A program made the translations under genes and the position numbers. Shown here piece by piece: positions 51,538-61,237 of a DNA stretch of 64,000 nucleotides (the first letter of the stretch is position 1; every line of letters starts with the position of its first letter). The DNA is from Candidatus Eremiobacteria bacterium (GTDB lineage: Bacteria > Vulcanimicrobiota > Vulcanimicrobiia > Vulcanimicrobiales > Vulcanimicrobiaceae), in assembly GCA_963758295.1 (NCBI GenBank), contig CAVWUU010000003.1, positions 232,724-296,723 of the forward strand, in the 5' to 3' direction. Below the pieces are notes generated by a model, which was not told the DNA's origin, ran no database searches, and saw only the letters and a list, made by a program, of their open reading frames with translations.

Positions 51538-52481
51538 ACCGGCGGCGCCTGGACGTTGTGCGCGAATGCTTCGAGTCGCGCGCGATCGATGGCTTTCACG
51601 CGGCCGCGGTCGAGTTCAACCGCATTCGCGTTTTTCAAGCGCAGCAGCGCGCGCGCAGCCATGTCGCGGACGGTGCCGGCCGCTGCGGCGATCTGCGCTT
51701 GCGAAAGGTTTTCGACGCCGGGAAGTCCACGCGTCATGCCGACCGACGTGCGGGCATAGCCGAGCAAGAACTTCGCAACGCGCTGCAGCACGTGGGCGAA
51801 CGCAAGGTCGGCAATAGTGTCGATCGAGCGGCGACGTGCTTGGGAGCTTGCAATGAGAAAACCCAGCGACAATTCCGCGTCGTTGCGCGCGGCATGCATG
51901 ATGGCTTCGCTCGGAACCGTTACTACGACCGCGTCCGTGAGCGCTTCAGCCCGCGTCGTGGCGCCGCCGCTGTCGAAGGTTGCGCTTTCGTTGAGCGTAT
52001 CGTGCGTGAGGCGTTCGCCGATCGTATGCGTCTTGCCGTCGGGTGAGAGCAGGGTGTAAATCACCTTGCCGCTCTTCACGATGCCAAGGTACGGCCACAT
52101 CTCGCCTTCGTCGAAGATCGTGTCTCCCGATTTGTAGCTGCGCTCGCTCATCTGTCCGGCTAGCTCTTTGATCGTGGAGGCTTTGGCAGCGGTGAACTGC
52201 GGAACGTGCTGCAAGAACGTTTCGCCGTCGGCGTTCTCGTCAATGCGTTCGAGGCGGACCGTCCAGCGATTGCCGCCGAGATTGCGCGCATCCCAGGAAA
52301 AACGTCCGGGACGCAGCTGCGTCATCTCGTTGCGAAGCGCTCGAGGATCGCTCTCCTCGTTGATTTCGACCGCTCCTCCGATCTGGAGCTTGTCGAAGTT
52401 GTCTAAGATGTTTTCCGTCTTGGTCGCAGGGCTTAGCGACCGGGCATCGAGCGTGATGGCGGCGGGGCGGTTTATTGGCAT
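51534..52481 (-). CDS. Crp/Fnr family regulator with N-terminal DUF2249-like domain
   Basis: LDAR.L.P...F..L..G...DP..L N-terminal domain; cNMP-binding fold; C-terminal HTH. Confidence 0.82.
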   Translation of the reverse strand: MPINRPAAITLDARSLSPATKTENILDNFDKLQIGGAVEINEESDPRALRNEMTQLRPGRFSWDARNLGGNRWTVRLERIDENADGETFLQHVPQFTAAKASTIKELAGQMSERSYKSGDTIFDEGEMWPYLGIVKSGKVIYTLLSPDGKTHTIGERLTHDTLNESATFDSGGATTRAEALTDAVVVTVPSEAIMHAARNDAELSLGFLIASSQARRRSIDTIADLAFAHVLQRVAKFLLGYARTSVGMTRGLPGVENLSQAQIAAAAGTVRDMAARALLRLKNANAVELDRGRVKAIDRARLEAFAHNVQAPPV

Positions 52482-52558
52482 GACGCGCGTTAGTTACTTG
52501 CGTGCGGGTCTCGAGCCTGCCTGGGAACCCCTCCTCGCTTGGCGAATGTAGGCCGCCC

Positions 52559-53758
52559 ATGACTCAGCTCAATGACAATGACGTCGTCGTTATCGCCGGC
52601 GCTCGTACTCCTTTCGGCAATTTCGGTGGTGCTCTCGCCGGCTTGACGGCGACGGATCTCGGCGTTGCCGCAGCCGAGGCGGCCATCGCCCGAAGCGGCA
52701 TTCCCAGAGAAAAAATCGACGAAGTGGTCTTCGGCAACGTCATTCAGACGAGCGCCGATGCGATCTACCTCGCGCGCCACATTGGGCTGCGCGCGGGGCT
52801 CCCGGCCGCCGTTCCCGCCCTTACGCTGAACCGGCTTTGCGGTTCGGGCCTCCAGGCGATTCTGTCGGCGGCTCAATCGCTGAGGCTGGGTGAAGCGACG
52901 TACGCGTTGGCCGGCGGCGCCGAGAATATGAGCCAGGCGCCTCACGTCGTCCGCGGCGCTCGCAACGGTTTCCCGCTCGGCGCAAACGTGCAGTTCGAAG
53001 ATACGCTGTGGTCGGCTCTGACCGACTCGTACAACAACACGCCGATGGCAATCACCGCTGAAAATCTCGCCAAAAAGTACGGTGTCACCCGCGAGGAATG
53101 CGACGAATTCGCGCTTGCGAGTCAAGAGCGTGCGATCGAATCACAGAACAACGGCTATTTCGGTGACGAAATCGCGCCGGTGACGGTGCCCGGTCCCAAA
53201 GGCACGCAAACGATCGTCGAAAAGGACGAAGGCCCGCGCGTCGGTCTCTCGATGGAGAAGCTCGGCAAATTGCCGGCACGCTTTGTCAAAGACGGAGTGG
53301 TTACGCCCGGGAACGCAAGCGGAATCACCGACGGCGCCGCAGCCGTCGTACTTACGACGGTAAAACAAGCAAAAGCCGACGGGCTAAAATGGATCGGCCG
53401 TTTGGTAAGTTCGAGCGTGGTCGGCGTCGACCCGGACATCATGGGCATCGGTCCGGCTGCGTCCATTCCCAAAGCGTTGCAGCGCGCGGGAATCGCGGAA
53501 AAAGATCTCACGGTAATGGAAATCAACGAGGCATTTGCCCCGCAGGTTCTTGCGTGTCTTCGCGATATGAACTCGAACGGCGTGCGTTTGAATCCGCACG
53601 GCGGCGCGATTTCGCTCGGCCATCCGCTCGGCGCGTCCGGCGCTCGTCTGGCGCTCACGACGCTGAACGATCTCAATAAGCGCGGCGGCGGCTACGGCGT
53701 TGCATCGGCATGCATCGGCGGCGGCCAGGGAATTGCTGCAGTCTTCATTGCAGAGTAA
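52559..53758 (+). CDS. Acetyl-CoA C-acyltransferase (thiolase)
   Basis: NRLCGSG, NEAFA, GHPLGASG, CIGGGQG. Confidence 0.95.
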   Translation: MTQLNDNDVVVIAGARTPFGNFGGALAGLTATDLGVAAAEAAIARSGIPREKIDEVVFGNVIQTSADAIYLARHIGLRAGLPAAVPALTLNRLCGSGLQAILSAAQSLRLGEATYALAGGAENMSQAPHVVRGARNGFPLGANVQFEDTLWSALTDSYNNTPMAITAENLAKKYGVTREECDEFALASQERAIESQNNGYFGDEIAPVTVPGPKGTQTIVEKDEGPRVGLSMEKLGKLPARFVKDGVVTPGNASGITDGAAAVVLTTVKQAKADGLKWIGRLVSSSVVGVDPDIMGIGPAASIPKALQRAGIAEKDLTVMEINEAFAPQVLACLRDMNSNGVRLNPHGGAISLGHPLGASGARLALTTLNDLNKRGGGYGVASACIGGGQGIAAVFIAE

Positions 53759-54290
53759 TAACGAAGTCGTACGGCGTCGCCGCTTTGCGTGGGGGCGCCT
53801 TCTCGACATTCTGGCGGTTCTCGTGATCGCGTTCGTCGTATGGAAGATCTTCATTGCGCCGCGAACGCTGAAACACGACACGTCCGCCTATCCGGCTCCG
53901 CGCATTGCTTACGAAAGACTCGACGGCGGAACGTTCACGATTCCCGATGCGCGGGGCCAAGTCTTATTCCTCGACTTCTTTGCGACGTGGTGCGAGCCGT
54001 GCCGTTTAGAAATGCCGCTTGTGGAAGCCTACGCCAAGAAGCATCCGGAGATTCGCGTCGAGGCGGTAGACGTTGGTGAACCGCGCGCCATCGCGGCTGC
54101 TTACGCGCGTCGGTACCACGTGGCGAACGTGGCGCTCGATCCTACGACGAGCGCGCAAGGTCTGTTCCAAATCGAAGGGTTTCCCACAGTCGTCGTGATC
54201 GACCCCGAAGGCCGCATTCGCGCAACGTGGTCGGGATTTAACCCGGCGGTTGAAATGGCGATGAGTAACGCGGAACGCGAACTCCGCTAG
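53748..54290 (+). CDS. TlpA/ResA-like thiol-disulfide oxidoreductase
   Basis: TM anchor, FATWCEPC, FP. Confidence 0.88.
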   Translation: MQSNNEVVRRRRFAWGRLLDILAVLVIAFVVWKIFIAPRTLKHDTSAYPAPRIAYERLDGGTFTIPDARGQVLFLDFFATWCEPCRLEMPLVEAYAKKHPEIRVEAVDVGEPRAIAAAYARRYHVANVALDPTTSAQGLFQIEGFPTVVVIDPEGRIRATWSGFNPAVEMAMSNAERELR

Positions 54291-55594
54291 CTCTTTCCCC
54301 AAAAGACGAAGATACCAATGGCGGCCAGTCCCATGACGGCGACGGTCGCCCAGCCCCAAACCCGCGCGAGTAGCGAACTGCGCCAGCGTTGCATGATGCG
54401 CTTGCTGCTTGCGAACGCGACGACGACGCAAAGCAGTGGAACCGCGACCAGTCCATTGAGTACCGCCGACCAAAACAGCGCCGTGATGGCGTTCACGTGC
54501 AAGAAGTTCATGCTCATCGCAAGCATCATGCCGACGACAAGCGCTCCGTAGAAGCCCGGAGCCCGGCGCAAGGGCATATCCAAGCCCTCTTTCCATTTAA
54601 AACATTCTGCCACGACGTATGCGGACGAGCCGACGAGCGCGGGAATCGCAAGCAGGCCGGTTCCAACCATGCCAAGCGTGAACAGAAGATAGGCAAATCG
54701 TCCGGCCAACGGCTGAAGTGCCCTTGCCGCATCTTGCGCGGTTTGAATGTGTGCGTGACTCGTTGACGCAAGTGTCGCTGCGGTCGTAACGATGATGAAG
54801 AAGGCCACGACGTTGGAGAAGACCATGCCGATGTTCGCGTCGAGATGCGCGTCTTTGATTTCGTCTTGCGTTGCGCCGGCGCGCGCTTGGATCGTGCGGC
54901 GACCCTGCGCTTTCTCTTCCTCGACCATCAAGCACGCCTGCCAGAAGAACAAATACGGGGTGATGGTCGTCCCCAGTACGGCCATCATGGTCGTAAGCCA
55001 GCTCGCGTTGAACTTTATTTGCGGAACGAATAAATGTACCGCCACTTGTCCCCACGGCGGATGCACGACGAACGCCGTAATGACGTAAGCAAAAAGCGAA
55101 ATCGTGAGCCATTTAACGGCGGCAAAAATGGCCTTGTACGAGAAGAAAACTTGTAAGGCGCTCAACGCAATGCCGAATAGCAGCACCCACAACCAGCCGG
55201 GCAAGCCGAAGACCATCTGGGCGGCAGCCGCCATGCCTTGCAAGTCTGCACCCGCATTAATGATATTGGCCACGACGACGCTGAAGGCCAGCGGATACAG
55301 AAACCACGCCGGTAAATATTTGCGCATGTTTGTCGCAAGGCCGACACCGGTCACCATGCCGATGCGCGCGCACATTCCTTGAATCACCGACATCATCGGC
55401 GTCGTCAAAAGAACGATCCAAAGCATGGAAAAGCCGGTGGAGGCACCGGCGATGGAATACGTGGAGATTCCGGACGGGTCGTCGTCGGAGGCGCCCGTGA
55501 TCAATCCGGGACCGAGCACCGACGTCCATCGCCGCCACCCCGTGGCCCGATCGGAAATGATCTCGTCGGCGACTACTTGCTTGATAGTTTCCAT
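54287..55594 (-). CDS. NRAMP-family divalent metal transporter
   Basis: GPGLITGASDDDPSGI, GTTITPY. Confidence 0.88.
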   Translation of the reverse strand: METIKQVVADEIISDRATGWRRWTSVLGPGLITGASDDDPSGISTYSIAGASTGFSMLWIVLLTTPMMSVIQGMCARIGMVTGVGLATNMRKYLPAWFLYPLAFSVVVANIINAGADLQGMAAAAQMVFGLPGWLWVLLFGIALSALQVFFSYKAIFAAVKWLTISLFAYVITAFVVHPPWGQVAVHLFVPQIKFNASWLTTMMAVLGTTITPYLFFWQACLMVEEEKAQGRRTIQARAGATQDEIKDAHLDANIGMVFSNVVAFFIIVTTAATLASTSHAHIQTAQDAARALQPLAGRFAYLLFTLGMVGTGLLAIPALVGSSAYVVAECFKWKEGLDMPLRRAPGFYGALVVGMMLAMSMNFLHVNAITALFWSAVLNGLVAVPLLCVVVAFASSKRIMQRWRSSLLARVWGWATVAVMGLAAIGIFVFWGKS

Positions 55595-55733
55595 GCGTTG
55601 TACGTGCCGTTCCCTCGCTCGCGCAATGGCAAACAACTCCTAGCCAAGTCCGGGGAGCCTGCAATGTCCAAGGACCGCGCGTGCGGACGACGTTGCCGTA
55701 TCAGCGGTACGAACGAGCCGGCTAAGAGCGGCG

Positions 55734-56642
55734 TTACAAGGTTCCGTCGATTTCGCCCATCAGCTCCGCGTCCGCCGGCGCGGTAAACGCCGGGAGGTCG
55801 AAGTGAAGGACGTTGTCCTCGAGCTTTCCGGGGACCGGGCCAATAGGTTGCGCCGATTTCGCAATCGTTAGCGAATACGTTTTGCTCGGATCCAGAACGA
55901 ATGGGCACCAAACCTCCACCGTCGAACCCGCGCGCACGTTTATCGGCGCCGCGGAGTCAAGTTGCACCGTGAAGAACGCGTAGGCGTTTCCGCCGGGATA
56001 GTACGTCCAGCTTTCTTGTTGCGCGGGCCGCCGCGTGGAAAGCACGATCGGATGATCGGACGCGGCGTCCGTCGCAGCGAACGCAAAAGTTGCCGAATAG
56101 CCGTCTTTATCGACCGACGCTTTAGCGCCGCCGGGACCGACGGAAATGCGGACCGGGTACATCTCGCCGCTCCAAAAGGGATACTTCGTGCTGCGGTCGT
56201 CCGCGACGATTCCGGCGTCTACGGCTTTCTCGACTAGCGGCTGCGGAAAGCCGGCGCCTTTGAAGGCTTGATAGCCGTCGGCTACCGGCGAGATCGACCC
56301 GCATGCTGCAGGCGTCGAGCAGTTCCAGCGGGCGCTCTTGCTGTTACCGGTTGCGGACGCCATGACGTCCCACCAGCGGTCCCAGATGTAATAGAAGCCG
56401 TCGGTGCCGCTCAGATTTCCGGCCGACCAGTGAGCTAGCGCATATGCCCCGTTTACTGCTACGCCGTCGACCGTGATCTGCGACGGGTCGCCGCCCCACC
56501 GCCGGATTCGGGAGCGAAGCAGCGTTTGCGCCGCACTGCGCACCGCGCGAACGTCTTTCGGACGGCCGTCATCGTGCGGCGCAACGCCGAAAAGCCCTAA
56601 CGAAAAGCCTAACAGTAGAGCGATTCTGAGCGATCTTCCCAT
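55734..56642 (-). CDS. Hypothetical secreted protein
   Basis: Signal peptide; long ORF filling the gap between neighbouring genes. Confidence 0.65.
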   Translation of the reverse strand: MGRSLRIALLLGFSLGLFGVAPHDDGRPKDVRAVRSAAQTLLRSRIRRWGGDPSQITVDGVAVNGAYALAHWSAGNLSGTDGFYYIWDRWWDVMASATGNSKSARWNCSTPAACGSISPVADGYQAFKGAGFPQPLVEKAVDAGIVADDRSTKYPFWSGEMYPVRISVGPGGAKASVDKDGYSATFAFAATDAASDHPIVLSTRRPAQQESWTYYPGGNAYAFFTVQLDSAAPINVRAGSTVEVWCPFVLDPSKTYSLTIAKSAQPIGPVPGKLEDNVLHFDLPAFTAPADAELMGEIDGTL

Positions 56643-56831
56643 GATACTAGCGCAGACGACGAAGCTTGCCCGCCCGTGACCATTGGAAGCAAGCAACTCA
56701 GCGTATAGTAGCAACCGTCTCCTTTCTGCTTATGCGCTTGCCGCAACGCATTGCAACTCTAGACCGCCGAATACGTCTACGCGCATCGCGCTCAGCTCAA
56801 TGCCGTTGTTTCGGCGGCGCGTTGCAAACGA

Positions 56832-57633
56832 TTACTTTGCCTTCCAGTCCGGTTTGCGTTTTTGCAAGAACGCGCCCGTGCCTTCGGTAAAGTCCTCGGT
56901 GTCGACAAGCGTGCCGAACTCGATGGCTTCCAATTCCAAACGCATCGTCGATGCTTAAGTGAGCGCCGTTGTTGATCGCGCGTTTGCAAGCGGTAATCGC
57001 AAGAGGTGCTTTGGTAGCGATAACATTGGCGATGCGTTTTGCTTCCGTCAGCAGGTCGGCGAGGGGCACGACCTTCTCCACGAGACCAATGCGTAGAGCC
57101 TCCGGAGCATCGATGATTTCACCCGTAAGACACAGATACATCGCCATGCCTTTGCCAATGAGGCGCGTCGTGCGTTGCGAGCCCCCGTAACCGGGAATCA
57201 GCCCGAGATTGACTTCGGGTTGTCCGAATTTCGCATTTTGGCTCGCGATGCGAATGTCGCCCGACATGGCGATTTCACAGCCGCCGCCTAACGCGAAACC
57301 GTTCACCGCCATGATCACGGGCTTGCGCAGCCGTTCGATTTGGCGCGTGATCGTTTGTCCGCGACGCGCCTGATCTGCGCCCGCGATTGCATTTTCAAGA
57401 GCGTTGAGTTCGCCGATGTCGGCGCCTGCGGCGAAAGCTTTTTCGCCGGCACCGGTTACGACGATCGCGCGAATCTCCGCATCGCGTTCCAATTCGACAA
57501 GTGCCGACGACAACTCACCGAGCAGCTGCGAATTGAGGGCGTTTAGCACGGTGGGGCGGTTCAGCGTGACGACGCCGACGGCGCCGTCTTTTTCGACAGC
57601 GATCGTTTCAAACGTTCCCGTAGCGCTACTCAT
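56832..57633 (-). CDS. Enoyl-CoA hydratase (crotonase), one frameshift near 56938-56940
   Basis: AGADI, ALGGGCE, GQPEV; C-terminus EDF.EG..AFLQKRKP.W in the shifted frame. Confidence 0.9.
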
Positions 57634-58480
57634 AGTCGTAGAAGCCCTTTCCGGCCTTGCGGCCGTAGCGTCCGGCAAGCACCATGCGCTTGAGGAGCGG
57701 CGGCGCAGCCATCATGGGATCTTTGAACTCGTCGAACATAATTTCGGCGATATAATACGTCGTATCGAGTCCGACGAAGTCCAGCAATTCGAAGGGGCCC
57801 ATAGGATACCCACATCCAAGTTTCATCCCCTTGTCGATGTCTTCTTTGCTCGCGAGTCCGCCTTCCAAACAGCGGATCGAATACAACAAATACGGGATCA
57901 ACAGGCGATTGACGACGAAGCCGGGTGTGTCTTGGGCGAGGATCGGTTCCTTGCCGAGCTTAACTGCGAACGCGAAGAGATCGTCGATGACGTCTTGCGT
58001 CGTGGCGATCGTCTTAACGACTTCGACCAGCTTCATGATCGGAACGGGATTGAAGAAGTGCAGGCCGGCAACGCGGTTCGGCCGTTTCGTCTTTGCGGCC
58101 AGTTCGATGATGCAGAGACTCGACGTATTGCTGCAGATGATTGCGTGCGGCGCGAGCAGCTCGTCGAGCTGTTGAAAGAGCTTCGTCTTGATTTCGACGT
58201 TCTCGATGATCGCTTCGATGACTACGTCGCAATCTTTCATGTCTGCAACGTTGGTGGTCGCTTTGATCCGTCCGAGCGTCGCATCGCGTTCGCTCTGCGG
58301 CAGCTTGCCTTTTTCTACGAATTTGTCGAGCGACTTGGTAATGCTCGCGACGCCGCGTTGCAGCGGCTGTTCGGCGACTTCCATCAACACGACGTTGAAT
58401 CCGGCGGACGCGCACGTTTGCGCGATTCCGTTGCCCATCAAGCCGGCGCCGCAGACGCCGACGGTACGGATCTCTGCCAA
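57626..58480 (-). CDS. hbd: 3-hydroxybutyryl-CoA dehydrogenase
   Basis: GAGLMG.GIA, SNTSS, HFFNP, PGFVVNR, PMGP. Confidence 0.92.
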   Translation of the reverse strand: MAEIRTVGVCGAGLMGNGIAQTCASAGFNVVLMEVAEQPLQRGVASITKSLDKFVEKGKLPQSERDATLGRIKATTNVADMKDCDVVIEAIIENVEIKTKLFQQLDELLAPHAIICSNTSSLCIIELAAKTKRPNRVAGLHFFNPVPIMKLVEVVKTIATTQDVIDDLFAFAVKLGKEPILAQDTPGFVVNRLLIPYLLYSIRCLEGGLASKEDIDKGMKLGCGYPMGPFELLDFVGLDTTYYIAEIMFDEFKDPMMAAPPLLKRMVLAGRYGRKAGKGFYDYE

Positions 58481-58705
58481 GGGTTTCTCCCGTTCACAAA
58501 AGCGCGCCGCCCTACGGCGGCGCGAGGCCCGATAGACCTTATGGTTTCATAAAGAGCGCAGGGGCTTTCGTTACGTTGCGGTAGTGTCACCTTTGCTAAT
58601 GAATCATTTAGCCTCCCCCACGGCGAATAGAGAAGGAAATAGCGCAAATCGCTTGCCCCTCCGGGGGCCCATGCCGCGAGGTCGGGATGGGGCCGCGGAG
58701 TGCCG

Positions 58706-58733
58706 AGCATTGCGCAGCGTGCAATGCTTTTTT
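58706..58733 (+). terminator. Intrinsic terminator immediately upstream of the phoU RBS
   Basis: AGCATTGCGC-AGC-GTGCAATGCT followed by TTTTT. Confidence 0.75.
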
Positions 58734-58748
58734 ACGAGGTGCTGAGTA

Positions 58749-59387
58749 GTGCGTGCGGCCTATCATGAGGCGTTGGAGGGAACGAGGCTAGACGTCGTTC
58801 GCCTTGGTGCGCTCGTCGGCGATGCGATTCGCGTTGCCGTCGAAGCTCTGGATCGTCGTGATGCGACCGCGGGCGCGCGTGTGGTGGCCGGGGACGACAG
58901 CGTCGACGACTTACGCCGCCGTGTGGAGTCGAACTGCATCGAGCTCATTTGGCGCCAGCAGCCGGTTGCGGGGGAGCTCCGCGAGATCGCGGCGATGCTC
59001 GAGATCGGCACCGACTTGGAGCGCATCGGCGATTACGCCGTGGACATCGCGAAGAACGCGATCAAGCTTTCCGATCAACCGCTGCGTCCGCAGAAGGTCG
59101 AAATCGACCGGATCGCCAGCGTTGCGCATGCAATGTTGCTCGATGCTATGCGTGCCTACACCGAACAAGACTCGCGTTTGGCTACCGAAGTCATCGAGCG
59201 TGACGACGAAGTGGACAAGCTCTACAAGCGCAGCATCAAGCGGCTTCAGGAAGAGATGCAAGCCGATCCGGAGATGGTTCGCGCCGGAACGCGATATCTG
59301 TTCGTGCTGGCTTCGCTCGAAAGAGTGGGAGATCGCGCCGGGAACATCGCTTGGCATACTAAGGACATGATCGGCGAGGGCAGTTGA
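58749..59387 (+). CDS. phoU: Phosphate signalling protein PhoU
   Basis: QPVA.ELR, DLERIGDYA, D..VD, LERVGD. Confidence 0.93.
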   Translation: MRAAYHEALEGTRLDVVRLGALVGDAIRVAVEALDRRDATAGARVVAGDDSVDDLRRRVESNCIELIWRQQPVAGELREIAAMLEIGTDLERIGDYAVDIAKNAIKLSDQPLRPQKVEIDRIASVAHAMLLDAMRAYTEQDSRLATEVIERDDEVDKLYKRSIKRLQEEMQADPEMVRAGTRYLFVLASLERVGDRAGNIAWHTKDMIGEGS

Positions 59388-60520
59388 GCACTCCCCTTCC
59401 CCGGTCGGAATTCGCAGTCACGAAGCACCTCACGTACCTTAATCACGCTGCCGTCGGCGTTTTGCCCGTTTCCACGCATAACGCCATCGACGCGTTCGTG
59501 CGCGGTCATGCCGAAGGCGGCGTCATCGGTGTCTACACCTACGAAGCGAAAATGCCCGAATACCGCGAGCGGATCGGGCGCTTCATCGGCGCGTCGGGCA
59601 GCGAGATTGCCGTCCTGCGAAACACCGGCGACGGCGCTACGGCCATCGCGCTTGGCCTCGACTGGCAGCCTGGCGACGAAATCGTGCTTAGCGACAACGA
59701 GTTTCCTTCGAATGCAATTCCGTGGCTTGCGTTGCGTGCGCGCGGCGTCAACGTTCGATTCATCGAAAGCGACCGCGAACGCATGACCCCTGAAGTGCTG
59801 CGGCGCAGCGTTACGCCGCGAACGCGCGTGGTAACCGTTTCGTGGGTCTCTTTCGCCGACGGCTACCGCCACGATTTAGCGGCTCTTGCGGAGGTTGCGC
59901 ATTCCGCCGGCGCGTTGTTCTGCGTTGACGCAATTCAGGGGCTCGGCGCGTTTCCGCTTGACGTTCGCGCGATGGGCATCGACGCGCTCTACGGCAGCGG
60001 CGCCAAATGGTTGATGGCGCTGCAGGGCGTCGGATTGTTATATGTCGGCGCGGACGTGCTCGACCGCATAGGACTCGGGATGCCCGGATGGCGATCCGTC
60101 GAAGATATGTGGGATTTTCTCAATTACGATCAGCCGCTGATTTCCGGCGCGTCGCGCTTCGAAGGAGCGACGCCAAATTTCATTGGTGCGCTTTCCCTGG
60201 CCCAATCCGCCGAGGTCTTGGATGCCGCCGGCGTTCCGGCGATCGGCAAGCACGTGCTCGAGCTTACCGACCGCTTGTGCGACGGATTGACCCGCCTTGG
60301 TGCGGAAGTGATCAGCCGGCGCGGTGAGGGAATCTCTTCAGGCATCGTTACGTTTCGTATGCCGGGCCGTGACAGCGTGGCGCTGGGTAAAGCGTTGCAG
60401 CAACAAGGCGTCGTAACGACGTGGCGGGCAAGCGGGATCCGCGTTGCACCCCACGGCTATAACACCGCTGAGGATATCGACAAACTCCTCGAACTCGTAG
60501 AAGGAACCCTAACAACATGA
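59384..60520 (+). CDS. Class V PLP-dependent aminotransferase / cysteine desulfurase-like
   Basis: YLNHAA, VDAIQ, KWL, RFE..T. Confidence 0.88.
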   Translation: MSTPLPRSEFAVTKHLTYLNHAAVGVLPVSTHNAIDAFVRGHAEGGVIGVYTYEAKMPEYRERIGRFIGASGSEIAVLRNTGDGATAIALGLDWQPGDEIVLSDNEFPSNAIPWLALRARGVNVRFIESDRERMTPEVLRRSVTPRTRVVTVSWVSFADGYRHDLAALAEVAHSAGALFCVDAIQGLGAFPLDVRAMGIDALYGSGAKWLMALQGVGLLYVGADVLDRIGLGMPGWRSVEDMWDFLNYDQPLISGASRFEGATPNFIGALSLAQSAEVLDAAGVPAIGKHVLELTDRLCDGLTRLGAEVISRRGEGISSGIVTFRMPGRDSVALGKALQQQGVVTTWRASGIRVAPHGYNTAEDIDKLLELVEGTLTT

Positions 60521-61185
60521 TTCAGACTCTGCCCTTGGCGTTGGCTTTGACCGTCGGCGCGGCGGCCGCATCGGCGCCGAGCATTCCTGCGGGAACGTAC
60601 ACGTACAACGCGTCGCTGAACGGCCAGGCCATCGGCACGAGCGTCATCACGGTCACGGCAAACGGCGGAAGCACCGTTATCAACGAGAAAGTCACCGGTT
60701 CCGCCCAAGGTTCCAGCGGGAGCGGAAACGACACGCTGACGCTTGGGCCCGATCTCGCGCCCACCGCGTATCAAGCTCAGGGCAGCGTCGGATCGCAAAC
60801 GGTGAAAGATTCCGCGACGTTCAACGGCGATTCCGTAAGCGTGAACGGCGTGCAGGGAACCAAATCGTTCAACCTGCTCGGCAGCACGAAGCATTTTGCG
60901 ATTCTCGATCTCGGCACGTTCGCCGGGTTCGTGGCACTGCCGGCGCAGATGAAGGCTTGGAATAACGCTCCGGTTCTCGCCGTCGTGCCGTCGTACGGGC
61001 AGTCGATTGCGCTTTCGCCCGATGCGTCGCAACAACCGTCGCGCCCGGCCGGCGTTCCGGCCGCGGATGCGGTGCTGTCGTTCGGCGGTCACGTTCCGTT
61101 TACGGTTTGGTACGATCCGGCGACGATGGTTACCGACGAGATCGACGTTCCGTCGCAGAGCCTCAGCGTTACGCGCAAACCCTAA
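60517..61185 (+). CDS. Hypothetical secreted protein
   Basis: Signal peptide; ATGA overlap with upstream gene. Confidence 0.7.
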   Translation: MIQTLPLALALTVGAAAASAPSIPAGTYTYNASLNGQAIGTSVITVTANGGSTVINEKVTGSAQGSSGSGNDTLTLGPDLAPTAYQAQGSVGSQTVKDSATFNGDSVSVNGVQGTKSFNLLGSTKHFAILDLGTFAGFVALPAQMKAWNNAPVLAVVPSYGQSIALSPDASQQPSRPAGVPAADAVLSFGGHVPFTVWYDPATMVTDEIDVPSQSLSVTRKP

Positions 61186-61206
61186 GCTAAGGCCGAAAAG
61201 AAGAAG

Positions 61207-61236
61207 AACGGGGCGGTTTTCCGCCCCGTTTGCTTT
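61207..61236. terminator. Bidirectional intrinsic terminator
   Basis: AACGGGGCGG-TTTT-CCGCCCCGTT. Confidence 0.8.
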
Positions 61237-61237
61237 T

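Noticed and set aside
51538..51817. A real 280-nt overlap between the cyclase-STAND and Crp genes
   Set aside because: The Arg-rich tail looks out of frame; an alternative frame ends cleanly at 51537
58621..58706. Firm call as a c-di-GMP-I riboswitch
   Set aside because: The purine-rich segment cannot form the GNRA-capped P2 stem; kept only as an unknown candidate
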